Origin: Pseudorhodoplanes sinuspersici
Lineage (GTDB): Bacteria; Pseudomonadota; Alphaproteobacteria; Rhizobiales; Xanthobacteraceae
DNA: 58,293 bases
Direction: 5' to 3'
NCBI GenBank assembly: GCA_945862935.1
Contig: CAMBBO010000001.1
Span: 1-58,293, forward strand
Positions 48,564 to 58,293 of this stretch are shown here, piece after piece; within the stretch, counting starts at the first letter, position 1, and the number at the start of each line of letters is the position of its first letter. Below the pieces are notes generated by a model. It saw only the letters and a program-made list of their open reading frames with translations. It was not told where the DNA came from and ran no database searches. Both the position numbers and the translations under genes were made by a program.

Positions 48564-49664
48564 TCAGGGCTGCAACGATAACATCATAGCCGCCATGTCC
48601 GAGGGCGTCGGCATCTTGCAGTCGTAATTGTTATTCCTTTGGGCGCTCGATCCGCCGACGCTGCCTATGCCCAAGCCGATTTTGGCTCTTCGCTCAAAAG
48701 CCAAGGCCTGCCAGCGACCATTTTCTCCCGACGCCGTTCGCGCTCGAACCCAGGACATCAAAAAAAGCCTGAACCGGTCGTCGTCTAGTTGATCGGACTT
48801 TATCAGCGCCGCCCATTTCTCGATGTTGTACCGCCAGTCGCAATCCAAGCCACCTTGATGAGGCGATGTCGCATGCCCCGCGTACCAAATCAAAATGCCG
48901 CGCGCCGTCATCTTCTTGTGGGCCAAGTCGCGGGATGTCGCATAGGCCCAGCCATGGTCTGAAGCCTCTTTGAATTTTTCAAGCTCGTCGAAGCCGCCCT
49001 GCTGAACGATGATATCCAGCATCCAGTGAAAATTTCTTTCATTGACGAACTGCTCGCCGAAGAGACGTTTTGAGAAATCCAGAGTCTTCTCCATAACAGC
49101 CATGACTCGATCCATCTGGATTTGGATCATTTCATTGTGCTCGAACAATGCCGTCATTTCCTCGGTCAGGCCATTTCGGAGTTTCTTTTTGTCTTGGTCC
49201 GCCGGATCGAGAAAATCCGCGCTGCATGCGTGGGCCTCCCCGCGCGGCGTCAAACCGAGGCATCGATCGGAAAAGACAAGTCGGCCAAAACGCGGCATCG
49301 TAGTCGTGACAAAGGCGGAAAACTGCGTGCCCATACTCCGCCTAAAGCCGACAAGCAGGTCTTGTATCGAGCTCTGTCCATAATTCCATTGCAGCACACC
49401 GGAGGAAATAAGCTGCTTGTCGAAATTGTCCGAGACGCCGGCCCAGCATCCGGAAGTTTCGACTTGGGCGACGGACTTGAGCAGCGTGAAAATCGTGTCG
49501 CGATTCAAATTCGATCGCTGAAACGTTCTTAACGATTCCGGATTGATCCTGATGAATGGCTCATCAGCCACATTGCGGCAAGTCGCCGCGAATACCGGAG
49601 CATTTGCTACTATTGCGAGTATCAATGCGCAAAAAAACCAGCCCTTCTCAAGATGTCCCCCCAA
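48564..49664 (-). CDS. Secreted hypothetical protein with lysozyme/chitosanase-like motif
   Basis: Signal peptide (..APVFA); ETSG..NFDKQLISSGVLQWNYGQSSIQDLL and LDIIVQQG; more AT-rich than urease genes. Confidence 0.6.
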   Translation of the reverse strand: MGGHLEKGWFFCALILAIVANAPVFAATCRNVADEPFIRINPESLRTFQRSNLNRDTIFTLLKSVAQVETSGCWAGVSDNFDKQLISSGVLQWNYGQSSIQDLLVGFRRSMGTQFSAFVTTTMPRFGRLVFSDRCLGLTPRGEAHACSADFLDPADQDKKKLRNGLTEEMTALFEHNEMIQIQMDRVMAVMEKTLDFSKRLFGEQFVNERNFHWMLDIIVQQGGFDELEKFKEASDHGWAYATSRDLAHKKMTARGILIWYAGHATSPHQGGLDCDWRYNIEKWAALIKSDQLDDDRFRLFLMSWVRARTASGENGRWQALAFERRAKIGLGIGSVGGSSAQRNNNYDCKMPTPSDMAAMMLSLQP

Positions 49665-49683
49665 CTTTAATTTGTAAGTGAGC

Positions 49684-51396
49684 TCAAAACAAAAAGTACC
49701 GCTGCGCCATCGGCAGCACCTCGGCGGGGGCGCAGGTCAGCAATTCGCCATCTGCACGCACCTCGTAGGTTTCCGGGTCCACTTCGATGTTCGGCGTCGC
49801 CGAATTGTGGATCATGCTCTTTTTCGAAATGCCGTCGCGGGTGTTGGACACTGCGACCAGTTCCTTCTGAATGCCGAGCTTCTTGCCGAGATTGTTCTTC
49901 ACCGCCGCCTTGGAGGTGAACACCACCGACGACGCGGTGCGCGCGCGGCCGAACGCGCCGAACATATGGCGGTAATGCACCGGCTGCGGGGTCGGGATCG
50001 AGGCATTCGGATCGCCCATCGGAGCTGCGACAATCGTGCCGCCCTTGATAATGCAATCGGGCTTCACGCCGAAGAAGGCCGGCGCCCAAAGCACCAAATC
50101 CGCAAGCTTGCCTTTTTCCACCGAACCGATGTGCTTGCTCACACCATGCGCGATGGACGGATTGATTGTGTATTTCGCGACGTAGCGCTTCACGCGCGCA
50201 TTGTCGTTGTCGCCTTTTTCTTCCTTCAGGCGGCCGCGCTGCTTCTTCATCTTGTCCGCCGTCTGCCAGGTGCGAATGATGACTTCGCCGAGCCGTCCCA
50301 TCGCCTGCGAATCCGACGACATCATCGATAGCGCGCCGAGGTCGTGGAGGATGTCTTCGGCTGCAATCGTTTCCTTGCGGATACGGCTTTCGGCAAAAGC
50401 CAGATCTTCCGGGATCGACGGATCGAGATGGTGGCACACCATCAGCATGTCGAGATGCTCGTCGATGGTATTGCGCGTGAACGGCCGCGTCGGATTGGTG
50501 GACGACGGCAGCACGTTTTTCAGTCCCGCGATCTTGATGATGTCGGGAGCATGCCCGCCGCCAGCGCCTTCAGTGTGGAACGCATGGATGGTCCGGCCCT
50601 TGAACGCCTTTACGGTGTCTTCGACGAAACCTGACTCGTTCAGCGTGTCGGTGTGGATCATCACCTGCACGTCATAATCGTCCGCAACCGAGAGACAATT
50701 ATCGATGGCTGCGGGTGTCGTGCCCCAGTCCTCGTGCAACTTCAGCGCACACGCGCCAGCCTTGATCATTTCCTCGAGTGCCGCCGGACGCGACGCATTG
50801 CCCTTCCCGGAAATGCCAAGGTTGACCGGGAATTCGTCGAACGACTGGATCATCCGCGAAATATGAAACGGCCCCGGCGTGCAGGTGGTCGCGAACGTGC
50901 CGTGCGAAGGCCCGGTGCCGCCGCCAAGCAAGGTCGTCACGCCCGACATCAGCGCGTCGTCGATCTGCTGCGGGCAGATGAAATGAATATGGCTGTCGAA
51001 ACCACCGGCGGTGAGGATCTTGCCCTCGCCCGCGATCACATCAGTGCCCGGCCCGATGGGAATAGTCACGCCCGGCTGAATGTCCGGATTGCCTGCTTTG
51101 CCGATGGCACTGATGCGGCCACCAACAATTGCTACGTCGGCTTTCACGATACCCCAGTGATCGAGAATGAGCGCGTTGGTGATGACGGTATCGACCGCGC
51201 CCTGCTTGTTGGTCAGCTGCGACTGGCCCATGCCATCGCGGATCACCTTGCCGCCGCCGAACTTCACCTCCTCGCCATAGATGGTGAAATCCTTTTCCAC
51301 CTCGATGATGAGATCGGTGTCGGCGAGCCGCACGCGGTCGCCCACGGTCGGGCCGAACATATCGGCATAGGCGCTGCGCTTGATTTTTACCGACAT
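49684..51396 (-). CDS. ureC: Urease subunit alpha
   Basis: [49 protein letters not shown]. Confidence 0.98.
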   Translation of the reverse strand: MSVKIKRSAYADMFGPTVGDRVRLADTDLIIEVEKDFTIYGEEVKFGGGKVIRDGMGQSQLTNKQGAVDTVITNALILDHWGIVKADVAIVGGRISAIGKAGNPDIQPGVTIPIGPGTDVIAGEGKILTAGGFDSHIHFICPQQIDDALMSGVTTLLGGGTGPSHGTFATTCTPGPFHISRMIQSFDEFPVNLGISGKGNASRPAALEEMIKAGACALKLHEDWGTTPAAIDNCLSVADDYDVQVMIHTDTLNESGFVEDTVKAFKGRTIHAFHTEGAGGGHAPDIIKIAGLKNVLPSSTNPTRPFTRNTIDEHLDMLMVCHHLDPSIPEDLAFAESRIRKETIAAEDILHDLGALSMMSSDSQAMGRLGEVIIRTWQTADKMKKQRGRLKEEKGDNDNARVKRYVAKYTINPSIAHGVSKHIGSVEKGKLADLVLWAPAFFGVKPDCIIKGGTIVAAPMGDPNASIPTPQPVHYRHMFGAFGRARTASSVVFTSKAAVKNNLGKKLGIQKELVAVSNTRDGISKKSMIHNSATPNIEVDPETYEVRADGELLTCAPAEVLPMAQRYFLF

Positions 51397-51406
51397 CGCA
51401 TCGCCC

Positions 51407-51712
51407 TCACAATTTGCCCATCACGTCGCCGCGGAATCCGTAGATCGTCTTCTTGCCTGCGAGCGCGACCAGCGTGACGTCGCGCGACTGGCCCGGCTCG
51501 AAGCGCACGGCCGTCCCCGCCGCAATATCAAGACGCATGCCGCGCGCTTTCTTGCGTTCGAATTTCAGTGCCGGATTGGTTTCGAAGAAATGATAATGCG
51601 AGCCGACCTGGATAGGACGGTCGCCTGTGTTCGACACAGTAAGCGTCACGGTCTTGCGACCGGCATTCAGCTCGATCTCGCCGTCCTTGATGAACATTTC
51701 GCCGGGGATCAT
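51407..51712 (-). CDS. ureB: Urease subunit beta
   Basis: [29 protein letters not shown]. Confidence 0.97.
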   Translation of the reverse strand: MIPGEMFIKDGEIELNAGRKTVTLTVSNTGDRPIQVGSHYHFFETNPALKFERKKARGMRLDIAAGTAVRFEPGQSRDVTLVALAGKKTIYGFRGDVMGKL

Positions 51713-51717
51713 TTTGC

Positions 51718-52020
51718 TCACCTGATCGGTTCGTGAACGGTCACGAGCTTCGTTCCATCGGGGAACGTCGCCTCGACCTGAATGTCGTGGATCATCTCAG
51801 GGATGCCATCCATCACCTGCGCGCGAGTGATGACGTGAGCGCCCGCTTCCATCAGTTGCGCGACGGTCTTGCCGTCTCGCGCGCCTTCGAGGATGAAATC
51901 GGAAATCAGCGCCACGGCTTCGGGATGATTGAGCTTCACGCCACGCTCAAGGCGGCGGCGCGCAACCATCGCGGCGACCGAGATCAGAAGCTTGTCTTTC
52001 TCACGCGGTGTTAAATTCAT
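51718..52020 (-). CDS. ureA: Urease subunit gamma
   Basis: [32 protein letters not shown]. Confidence 0.98.
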   Translation of the reverse strand: MNLTPREKDKLLISVAAMVARRRLERGVKLNHPEAVALISDFILEGARDGKTVAQLMEAGAHVITRAQVMDGIPEMIHDIQVEATFPDGTKLVTVHEPIR

Positions 52021-52029
52021 AAGGAAACC

Positions 52030-52857
52030 TCAGTTCAACCACAGCCGCGGCAGCGTCCCGCGATCGAGAGCCGCCAGTATCGCTACAATATCACGGCGCA
52101 ATGCCGCGCCGTCGACGGCGCAGAGTCGCGCGAGCGCAAAGCCATTCCAAGCGGAAATGCCGACTTCTCCAGAGCATTCGATAGCGCGCAGCCTTTCGAT
52201 CAGCGTCTCGTCAGCGGGGGCAATCAGGATCGTTGCTATAGCCGCGCCACCATTGCCGATGGCAGGCCGCGCAAGCGTATCGGCAATGGCGCCATCGAGC
52301 CGCAGCGTTTCGGCGAAAATGAGCTTGCCGTCGCGGCGCATCCGCCAGCGGTCGGTGAGTGAGCCTTCGCGCACCGTCTCGCCCATCGCAGCACGTCCGA
52401 ACACGACCGCCTCAACCAGAAGGACCGAGGCATCGGCGGCCAAGTCGATCTCGATGCTGCGGGTGAGCCGCGCACGGTCGAACAGGATCGTTTCCTGCGG
52501 CATCCAGCGCAGACTGGCACCAGTGGCAACGTCGAGCTTCACGGATATTTCGGTGTCCGCACCGATAGCGCGATAAATCTTCTCGGCGGCAGCCCCGCTG
52601 ACCAGCAGGTCCGTCCCCTCGCCCGCAGAAATATCGAGCGCGAAGCGATCCCCGCCCGCGATCCCGCAGGCGGTGTTGACGATAACGGTTTCAAGTTCGC
52701 TGCCGGTGACATTGGGAAAGCGCGCACGCAGCGATCCGCTTTCCTGCACGCGCTTGCGGCGTGTCTTGCCGTGCTCATGCGCGACGGTGAGCGTGATCTG
52801 TCCACGCGCGCGATTGGCGGCGAAGATTTCGGATTCAGCGGCAACGGCTAAAGGCAC
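52030..52857 (-). CDS. ureD: Urease accessory protein
   Basis: NTACGIAGGD, AAEKIYR, WMPQETILF, LPRLW. Confidence 0.93.
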   Translation of the reverse strand: MPLAVAAESEIFAANRARGQITLTVAHEHGKTRRKRVQESGSLRARFPNVTGSELETVIVNTACGIAGGDRFALDISAGEGTDLLVSGAAAEKIYRAIGADTEISVKLDVATGASLRWMPQETILFDRARLTRSIEIDLAADASVLLVEAVVFGRAAMGETVREGSLTDRWRMRRDGKLIFAETLRLDGAIADTLARPAIGNGGAAIATILIAPADETLIERLRAIECSGEVGISAWNGFALARLCAVDGAALRRDIVAILAALDRGTLPRLWLN

Positions 52858-52873
52858 ACTGCAACCTCTATTT

Positions 52874-52907
52874 CCGCTTAGGCGGGTACCCTAGCATCCC
52901 TAAGCGG
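52874..52907. other. Inverted repeat between urtE and ureD
   Basis: CCGCTTAGG-N16-CCTAAGCGG; possible mRNA hairpin. Confidence 0.45.
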
Positions 52908-52939
52908 GCTGCCCGGCGCAAGGCCGGACACAAGAACAA

Positions 52940-53635
52940 TCAGATCGCCATCGCCTGTTTCAGCTTCTCTTCGTCGAGGTCCGCCTTGGTCGAGGCATAG
53001 ACGACCGAGCCGCGATCCATGACCGCGAAGCGATCGCCGAGTTCGCGCGCGAAATCGAGATATTGCTCGACCAGCACAATCGCGATCTCGCCGAGGCCAC
53101 GCAGATAAGTAATCGCGCGGCCAATGTCCTTGATAATTGACGGCTGGATGCCTTCGGTCGGCTCATCGAGCAGAAGAACTTTCGGGCGCATCACCAGCGC
53201 TCGGCCGATGGCGAGTTGCTGCTGCTGGCCGCCGGAAAGGTCGCCGCCGCGCCGGCGCAACATGTCGTGCAGCACAGGGAAAAGTGAAAATACGTCGTCG
53301 GGAATGTCGCGCTGGTTGCGCGGCAGCGGCGCGAAGCCGGTGCGGAGGTTTTCCTCCACGGTCAGCAGCGGGAAGATTTCGCGGCCTTGCGGCACATAGG
53401 CGATGCCGGCGCGTGCGCGTTCATACGGGCGCAGCGTCGTGATGTTCTTGCCGTCCTGCAGGATTTCACCTTTTGACACCGCATGCTGGCCGACCAGCGC
53501 ACGCAGCAAGCTTGTCTTGCCGGTGCCGTTGCGGCCAAGAACGCAGGTCACCTTGCCGGGCTCGGCCACGAGATTGACCGACCGCAGCGCCTGCGCCGCA
53601 CCGTAATGAAGGTCTATGTTTTTTGCTTCGAGCAT
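52940..53635 (-). CDS. urtE: Urea ABC transporter ATP-binding protein
   Basis: GRNGTGKTS, YVPQGREIFP, LSGGQQQQLAI, DEPTEGIQPS; start ATG 53635. Confidence 0.95.
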   Translation of the reverse strand: MLEAKNIDLHYGAAQALRSVNLVAEPGKVTCVLGRNGTGKTSLLRALVGQHAVSKGEILQDGKNITTLRPYERARAGIAYVPQGREIFPLLTVEENLRTGFAPLPRNQRDIPDDVFSLFPVLHDMLRRRGGDLSGGQQQQLAIGRALVMRPKVLLLDEPTEGIQPSIIKDIGRAITYLRGLGEIAIVLVEQYLDFARELGDRFAVMDRGSVVYASTKADLDEEKLKQAMAI

Positions 53636-53648
53636 GTCAGATGTCCCG

Positions 53649-53702
53649 CTGGCGCATGATCTTCTCCGAAAACCGGTTCCCACTTTTCGGGATCATGCGC
53701 TA
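53649..53702. repeat. Rhizobiales palindromic intergenic element (RIME1/Bru-RS-like half unit)
   Basis: Minus strand TAGCGCATGATCCCGAAAAGTGGGAACCGGTTTTCGGAGAAGATCATGCGCCAG; begins at the urtD TAG stop. Confidence 0.8.
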
Positions 53703-54458
53703 TCGCCCCAAATAGACTTCGACCACGCGGTCGTTCTGCGAGACTTGGTCGATGGTGCCTTCCGCCAGCACCGAGCCTTCGTGCAGGCAGGTCACCTTCA
53801 CGCCAAGCTCGCGTACAAAATGCATGTCGTGTTCGACCACGACCACCGTCTTGGTCTTGTTGATCTCTTTCAGAAGCTCGGCGGTCTGCTGCGTCTCCAC
53901 GTCGGTCATGCCGGCCACCGGCTCGTCGACGAGAAGAAGCTTCGGCTCCTGAGCGAGCAGCATGCCGATTTCCAGCCATTGCTTCTGGCCATGCGACAGC
54001 GACCCAGCGAGACGTGAGCGCGCGGGCTTCAGGCGAATGGTGTCGAGAATGGAATCGATGCGGCGCGACGCATGTTCATTTTCCTGCCAGACCAGCGCCG
54101 CGCGGGCGCTGCGATCTTCGGCGAGCGCCAGCAGCAGATTGTCCTCGACACTGTGCATGTCGAACACCGTGGGCTTCTGGAATTTGCGTCCAATGCCGAG
54201 GCGCGCGATCTCGGTCTCATCGAGGGTCGTCAGATCGTACGAGCCAGCGAACACCGCGTCGCCCAGATCGGGGCGGGTCTTGCCGGTGATGACGTCCATC
54301 ATCGTGGTCTTGCCCGCGCCGTTCGGGCCGATGATTGCGCGCATCTCCCCGTCCTCGATCGCAAGCGAGAGATTGTTGAGCGCACGAAAACCGTCGAACG
54401 AGACGGTCACGCCATCGAGATAAAGAAGCGAGGTGGTGGTGCGGGATTCCATGCTCAT
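53700..54458 (-). CDS. urtD: Urea ABC transporter ATP-binding protein
   Basis: GPNGAGKTT, GIGRKFQKP, LSHGQKQWLEIGM. Confidence 0.95.
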   Translation of the reverse strand: MSMESRTTTSLLYLDGVTVSFDGFRALNNLSLAIEDGEMRAIIGPNGAGKTTMMDVITGKTRPDLGDAVFAGSYDLTTLDETEIARLGIGRKFQKPTVFDMHSVEDNLLLALAEDRSARAALVWQENEHASRRIDSILDTIRLKPARSRLAGSLSHGQKQWLEIGMLLAQEPKLLLVDEPVAGMTDVETQQTAELLKEINKTKTVVVVEHDMHFVRELGVKVTCLHEGSVLAEGTIDQVSQNDRVVEVYLGR

Positions 54459-55621
54459 CACTCCGCAGGCCGCGCGGTTGGTTCACCGACCGCTGCGCCG
54501 TCTTCGCGTGCGGCGGAAAGTTTCGCCTGCCGCTCCGCATTCCAGTGCCGCCACGTCCCGATGATCCCGCGGGGCAGGAACAGCGTGACGAGAACGAACA
54601 TCGCGCCAAGCATGAACAGCCAGTATGGCGCGAGCATTCCGCTGGTGAATGTCGTCTTGGCGTAGTTCACAAGGATCGCCCCGAGGACCGCGCCGGTGAG
54701 CGTTCCGCGACCGCCGACCGCAACCCAGATCACAGCTTCGATGGAGTTCGCTGGCGCGAATTCGCTCGGATTGATGATGCCGACCTGCGGCACATACAAA
54801 GCGCCCGCGACCCCCGCCATGCATGCGGAGAGCGTGAACACGAACAGCTTGTAGGACTCGACCCGATAGCCGAGGAAGCGCGTGCGCGATTCCGCATCGC
54901 GGATCGCGACCAGCACCTTGCCGAATTTGGATGTCACCACCGCGCGGCAAATGACGAAGCAGATCGCAAGCGCGATCACGGACGCTGCGAACAGGGACGC
55001 GCGTGTCGCTTGCGCCTGCACGTTGAAGCCGAGAATGTCCTTGAAATCGGTCAGGCCGTTATTGCCGCCGAACCCGAAATTGTTGCGAAAGAACGCAAGC
55101 GTCAGCGCAAATGTCATCGCCTGCGTGATGATCGAAAGATAGACGCCGGTGACGCGCGACCGGAAGGCAAACCAGCCGAACACGAAGGCGAGCAATCCCG
55201 GAACGAGCAGGATCATCACCGCGGCATAGGCAAAGTAGTTGAAGCCGTACCAATAAACCGGAAGCTCCGGCCAGTTCAGGAACACCATGAAATCGGGACG
55301 GATCGGGTCGGCGTAAACGCCGCGCGTTCCGATCTGGCGCATTAAATACATGCCCATCGCGTAGCCGCCGAGCGCGAAGAACGCGCCGTGGCCGAGCGAG
55401 AGAATGCCGCAATAGCCCCAGATCAGGTCAATCGAGAGCGCGAGGATTGCGTAGCAGACGTACTTTCCGAACAGCGCGACGAGATAAGTCGGCACATGCA
55501 GAAAGAAGCTTTCCGGCGTCAGCAAATTGAGCGCTGGGATCAGGATCGTAGCGGCAGCGCAGATCGTAAGGAAGATCGTCGCGCCGCGGTCGAGCGAGCG
55601 AATGAGCGGACCTGCGATCAT
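54458..55621 (-). CDS. urtC: Urea ABC transporter permease
   Basis: WGYCGILSLGH, GVYLSIITQA, GGNNGLTDF, WVAVGGRG. Confidence 0.95.
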   Translation of the reverse strand: MIAGPLIRSLDRGATIFLTICAAATILIPALNLLTPESFFLHVPTYLVALFGKYVCYAILALSIDLIWGYCGILSLGHGAFFALGGYAMGMYLMRQIGTRGVYADPIRPDFMVFLNWPELPVYWYGFNYFAYAAVMILLVPGLLAFVFGWFAFRSRVTGVYLSIITQAMTFALTLAFFRNNFGFGGNNGLTDFKDILGFNVQAQATRASLFAASVIALAICFVICRAVVTSKFGKVLVAIRDAESRTRFLGYRVESYKLFVFTLSACMAGVAGALYVPQVGIINPSEFAPANSIEAVIWVAVGGRGTLTGAVLGAILVNYAKTTFTSGMLAPYWLFMLGAMFVLVTLFLPRGIIGTWRHWNAERQAKLSAAREDGAAVGEPTARPAE

Positions 55622-57222
55622 GCTTCCACCGCCCGGCCCTTGAGCGCGAACAGGCCGCGCGGACGCTTCTGGATGAACAGGATGATCATGACGAGGATGA
55701 CAATCTTGCCGAGCACCGCGCCGGCAAACGGCTCAAGGAATTTATTGGCGATACCGAGCGACAGTGCGCCGACCAGCGTGCCCCACAGATTTCCAACCCC
55801 GCCGAACACGACAACGAGGAACGAGTCGATGATGTAGCCCTGCCCGAGATTGGGCGAGACGTTGTCGATCTGCGACAGCGCGACGCCCGCGATCCCGGCA
55901 ATACCTGAGCCAAGTCCGAAGGTCAGCGCATCAACGCTGCTGGTGCGGATGCCCATTGACGACGCCATCGAGCGGTTCTGCGTCACCGCGCGCATTTGCA
56001 GGCCGATAGGTGTCAAGCGAAGCAGCGCCAGCAGGCCAACGAACACGGCGATGGTGAAGACGATAATCCAGAGCCGGTTATAGGTGATGGTGATCTGGCC
56101 GATTTCAAATGCGCCCGACATCCACGAAGGATTGCCGACTTCGCGATTGGTCGGGCCGAACATGGTACGCACCGCCTGCTGCAGGATGAGCGAGATGCCC
56201 CATGTCGCGAGCAGCGTTTCGAGCGGACGGCCATAAAGGAAGCGGATCACGCTGCGCTCGATCAGGATGCCGATTGCGCCGGATACGAGGAATGCGAGCG
56301 GCACGGCCATCAGCAGCGAATAATCGAACAGACCGGGATTGTAGGTGCGGATGGTTTCCTGCACCGCGAAGGTGACATAGGCGCCGATCATCACCATCTC
56401 GCCGTGCGCCATGTTGATGACGCCCATCACGCCGAAGGTGATGGCAAGGCCGATAGCAGCGAGCAACAGAACCGAGCCGAGCGAAAGGCCGTACCAGGCA
56501 TTCTGCACGCTCGCCCAGATCGCGAGATTGTTCTGGATCGAGGTAATCGCGTCCTGCGCCGACTTTTTCAGGTTGGCCGGAGCGTCCGCCGGAAGGCCCG
56601 CCAGCAGCGCGAGCGCCTCCTGATCGCCACGGGCGCGCAGCGTCGATATGGCGTCGAGTCGATCTGTTTCCGGCGCATCGGATTTGAAAATGAGTACCGA
56701 AGCACGCGCTTCTTCCAGCGCACGCTTGATGCGCGCTTCGCCTTCCTTGCCGATGGCGGTGTTGAGCGCGGGCAGCGCAGCCGCTTCGTGCGATTTGAAA
56801 ACGGCAAGCGCGGCAGCAAGGCGTTTGCCAGCATCCGGCGACAGAAGATTTAATCCGCCAATGGCCGCTTCAATCGAGCGGCGCACGCGGTTGTTGAGGC
56901 GAACGGTTTTCAGGTCGGCGGGAACGCTCGCGGCCGGTTGGCCGGTCGCAGCGTCGATCACAGCCGACGCTGTCTTGATGAACACGCGCTTGCTGGCCGG
57001 ATCGTAAGCAAGCCTGCCTTCCTGCAGCGCGAGAATGACGGGACCCGCCTGTGCGTGTCCGCTCGTTGCAACGGCCGTAATGCCGTCGTCGGTATCGCCG
57101 AACGAGTCGGTCGTGAATTTCTCCAAGCCTTCCTGGAATGACTGGGCGTTCGCGGGAAGCGCGGCCAGCATCAGGCCAAGCGCGAGCAAACAGGCGACCA
57201 GACGATCGCGGATCATGCGCAT
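55618..57222 (-). CDS. urtB: Urea ABC transporter permease with N-terminal periplasmic domain
   Basis: GLAITFGVMGVINMAHGE, RPLETLLATWG, DSFLVVVFGGVG. Confidence 0.95.
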   Translation of the reverse strand: MRMIRDRLVACLLALGLMLAALPANAQSFQEGLEKFTTDSFGDTDDGITAVATSGHAQAGPVILALQEGRLAYDPASKRVFIKTASAVIDAATGQPAASVPADLKTVRLNNRVRRSIEAAIGGLNLLSPDAGKRLAAALAVFKSHEAAALPALNTAIGKEGEARIKRALEEARASVLIFKSDAPETDRLDAISTLRARGDQEALALLAGLPADAPANLKKSAQDAITSIQNNLAIWASVQNAWYGLSLGSVLLLAAIGLAITFGVMGVINMAHGEMVMIGAYVTFAVQETIRTYNPGLFDYSLLMAVPLAFLVSGAIGILIERSVIRFLYGRPLETLLATWGISLILQQAVRTMFGPTNREVGNPSWMSGAFEIGQITITYNRLWIIVFTIAVFVGLLALLRLTPIGLQMRAVTQNRSMASSMGIRTSSVDALTFGLGSGIAGIAGVALSQIDNVSPNLGQGYIIDSFLVVVFGGVGNLWGTLVGALSLGIANKFLEPFAGAVLGKIVILVMIILFIQKRPRGLFALKGRAVEA

Positions 57223-57248
57223 CTCACTTTTCCCGGCGGGGTTTAGTG

Positions 57249-57276
57249 GGAGGCGGCGGACATGCCCGCCGCCTCC
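57249..57276 (-). terminator. GC-rich stem-loop between urtA and urtB
   Basis: GGAGGCGGCGG-N6-CCGCCGCCTCC with no U-tract; probably stabilises mRNA. Confidence 0.55.
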
Positions 57277-57315
57277 GGTGACTTTCAGAAGTTATTGCAA
57301 CAATGCGCGTTCAGA

Positions 57316-58146
57316 TTACGCGCCGCCGCACTTCTTGGTGACGGTGTTGTAGTTGCCGCACTTCAGCGTGACCCAGTCACCGACGAGGTCCTTGGAGCCC
57401 GGCAGTTCCTTCGACCAGGCATCGCCTGCGACGAGACCGTCGGTCTTCCACACCACATCGAACTGGCCATCCGCGCGCACTTCGCCGATGAAGACCGGCT
57501 TGGTGATGTGATGGTTCGGAAGCATCTTCGAGATGCCGCCGGTCAAGTTCGGCGCTTCGATGCCGGGAAGCGCGTCGATCACCTTGTCGGGATCAACCGA
57601 CTTGGCCTTCTCGACAGCCTTCACCCACATGGCGAAACCGATGACGTGAGCTTCCATCGGATCGTTGAAGGTGCGCTTCGGGTTCTTGGTGAACGCCTGC
57701 CACTTCGCAATGTATTCCTTGTTCAGGGGATCGCTGATGGACTGGAAGTAGTTCCACGCGGCGAGATGGCCGAGCAGCGGCTTGGTGTCGAGACCGGCGA
57801 GTTCTTCTTCGCCGACCGAGAACGCCACGACCGGGATGTCCTTCGCGCTGACGCCCTGGTTGCCGAGTTCCTTGTAGAACGGAACGTTCGCGTCGCCGTT
57901 GATGGTCGACACGACGGCGGTCTTCTTGCCGGCAGAGCCGAACTTCTTGATGTCCGACACGATCGTCTGCCAATCGGAATGACCGAACGGCGCGTAGTTG
58001 ATCATGATGTCTTCCTTCGCGACGCCCTTGGAGAGCAGGTACGCCTCGAGGATCTTGTTGGTGGTGCGCGGATAAACGTAGTCCGTGCCCGCGAGCACCC
58101 AACGCTTCACCTTTTCGTCCTTGGCCAGATAGTCGACGGCCGGGAT
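57316..58146 (-). pseudogene. urtA: Urea ABC substrate-binding protein, 3' fragment, interrupted by IS3
   Basis: IPAVDYL..GTDYVYPRTTN, STINGDANV, FSVGEEE, AAWNYFQ. Similarity stops at 58146; the track ORF's N-terminus (MPFLNPPSALKPYIREDHFSEGRP) is read from the IS end. Confidence 0.85.
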
Positions 58147-58293
58147 TGGTCTGCCCTCAGAAAAGTGGTCCTCCCTGATGTATGGCTTTAGAGCCGATGG
58201 AGGATTGAGGAATGGCACGCAGACACAAGGCTGAAGAGATCGTCGCGAAGCTTCGGCAGGTTGACGTTTTGACGTCGCAGGGCAAGGCGGTCG
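58147..58293 (+). mobile_element. IS3-family insertion sequence, left end (IS407-group-like), truncated by window
   Basis: Begins TGGTCTGCCC (5'-TG terminus); SD-like GGAGGATTGAGGA followed by OrfA. Confidence 0.85.
58212..58293 (+). CDS. IS3-family transposase OrfA, N-terminal fragment
   Basis: Manual translation MARRHKAEEIVAKLRQVDVLTSQGKAV, the characteristic N-terminus of rhizobial IS3 OrfA. Confidence 0.85.
   Translation, partial: MARRHKAEEIVAKLRQVDVLTSQGKAV

Noticed and set aside
58147-58218. N-terminus of the 300-aa UrtA ORF as a genuine start
   Set aside because: Derived from the reverse strand of the IS end; no signal peptide or UrtA similarity.

Overview
High-GC alphaproteobacterial DNA; gene content and intergenic repeats suggest Hyphomicrobiales (Nitrobacteraceae/Xanthobacteraceae-like), which is an inference. 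(1) 1-30 kb is a surface-polysaccharide/LPS region: a KpsS/KpsC-like capsule gene running off the left edge (missed by the ORF track), an RfaH-like antiterminator with a near-perfect ops element downstream, an EPS-associated MarR with two palindromic operators, a WecA-like transferase, an epimerase, a CapD-like dehydratase, GT9/GT2 transferases, O-antigen ligase, the full ADP-heptose pathway, waaC/waaF, galE and an MsbA-like exporter. Two more AT-rich insertions interrupt it. One is an FG-GAP (integrin-alpha-like) gene bracketed by a duplication of the overlapping 3' ends of two convergent genes. The other is a ~4.7 kb integrase-free island (XRE repressor, YqaJ exonuclease, ERF-DUF968 annealase, a secreted protein with three Cys-bounded 23-aa repeats, and two related hypothetical proteins). 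(2) 30-46 kb covers sugar-acid uptake and catabolism (UxaA-family dehydratase, SDR, carbohydrate ABC, a split TRAP system, enolase-superfamily enzyme, GntR), plus an amidase, ArsC and a second DctP. (3) 46-58 kb is the urtABCDE-ureDABC-(2 extra genes)-ureEFG operon. It carries an inserted secreted lysozyme-like protein and ends in a PaaD/DUF59-like gene. urtA is cut by an IS3-family element at the right edge. No rRNA, tRNA or CRISPR array was seen. All family calls come from motif recognition by eye; no database searches were run.
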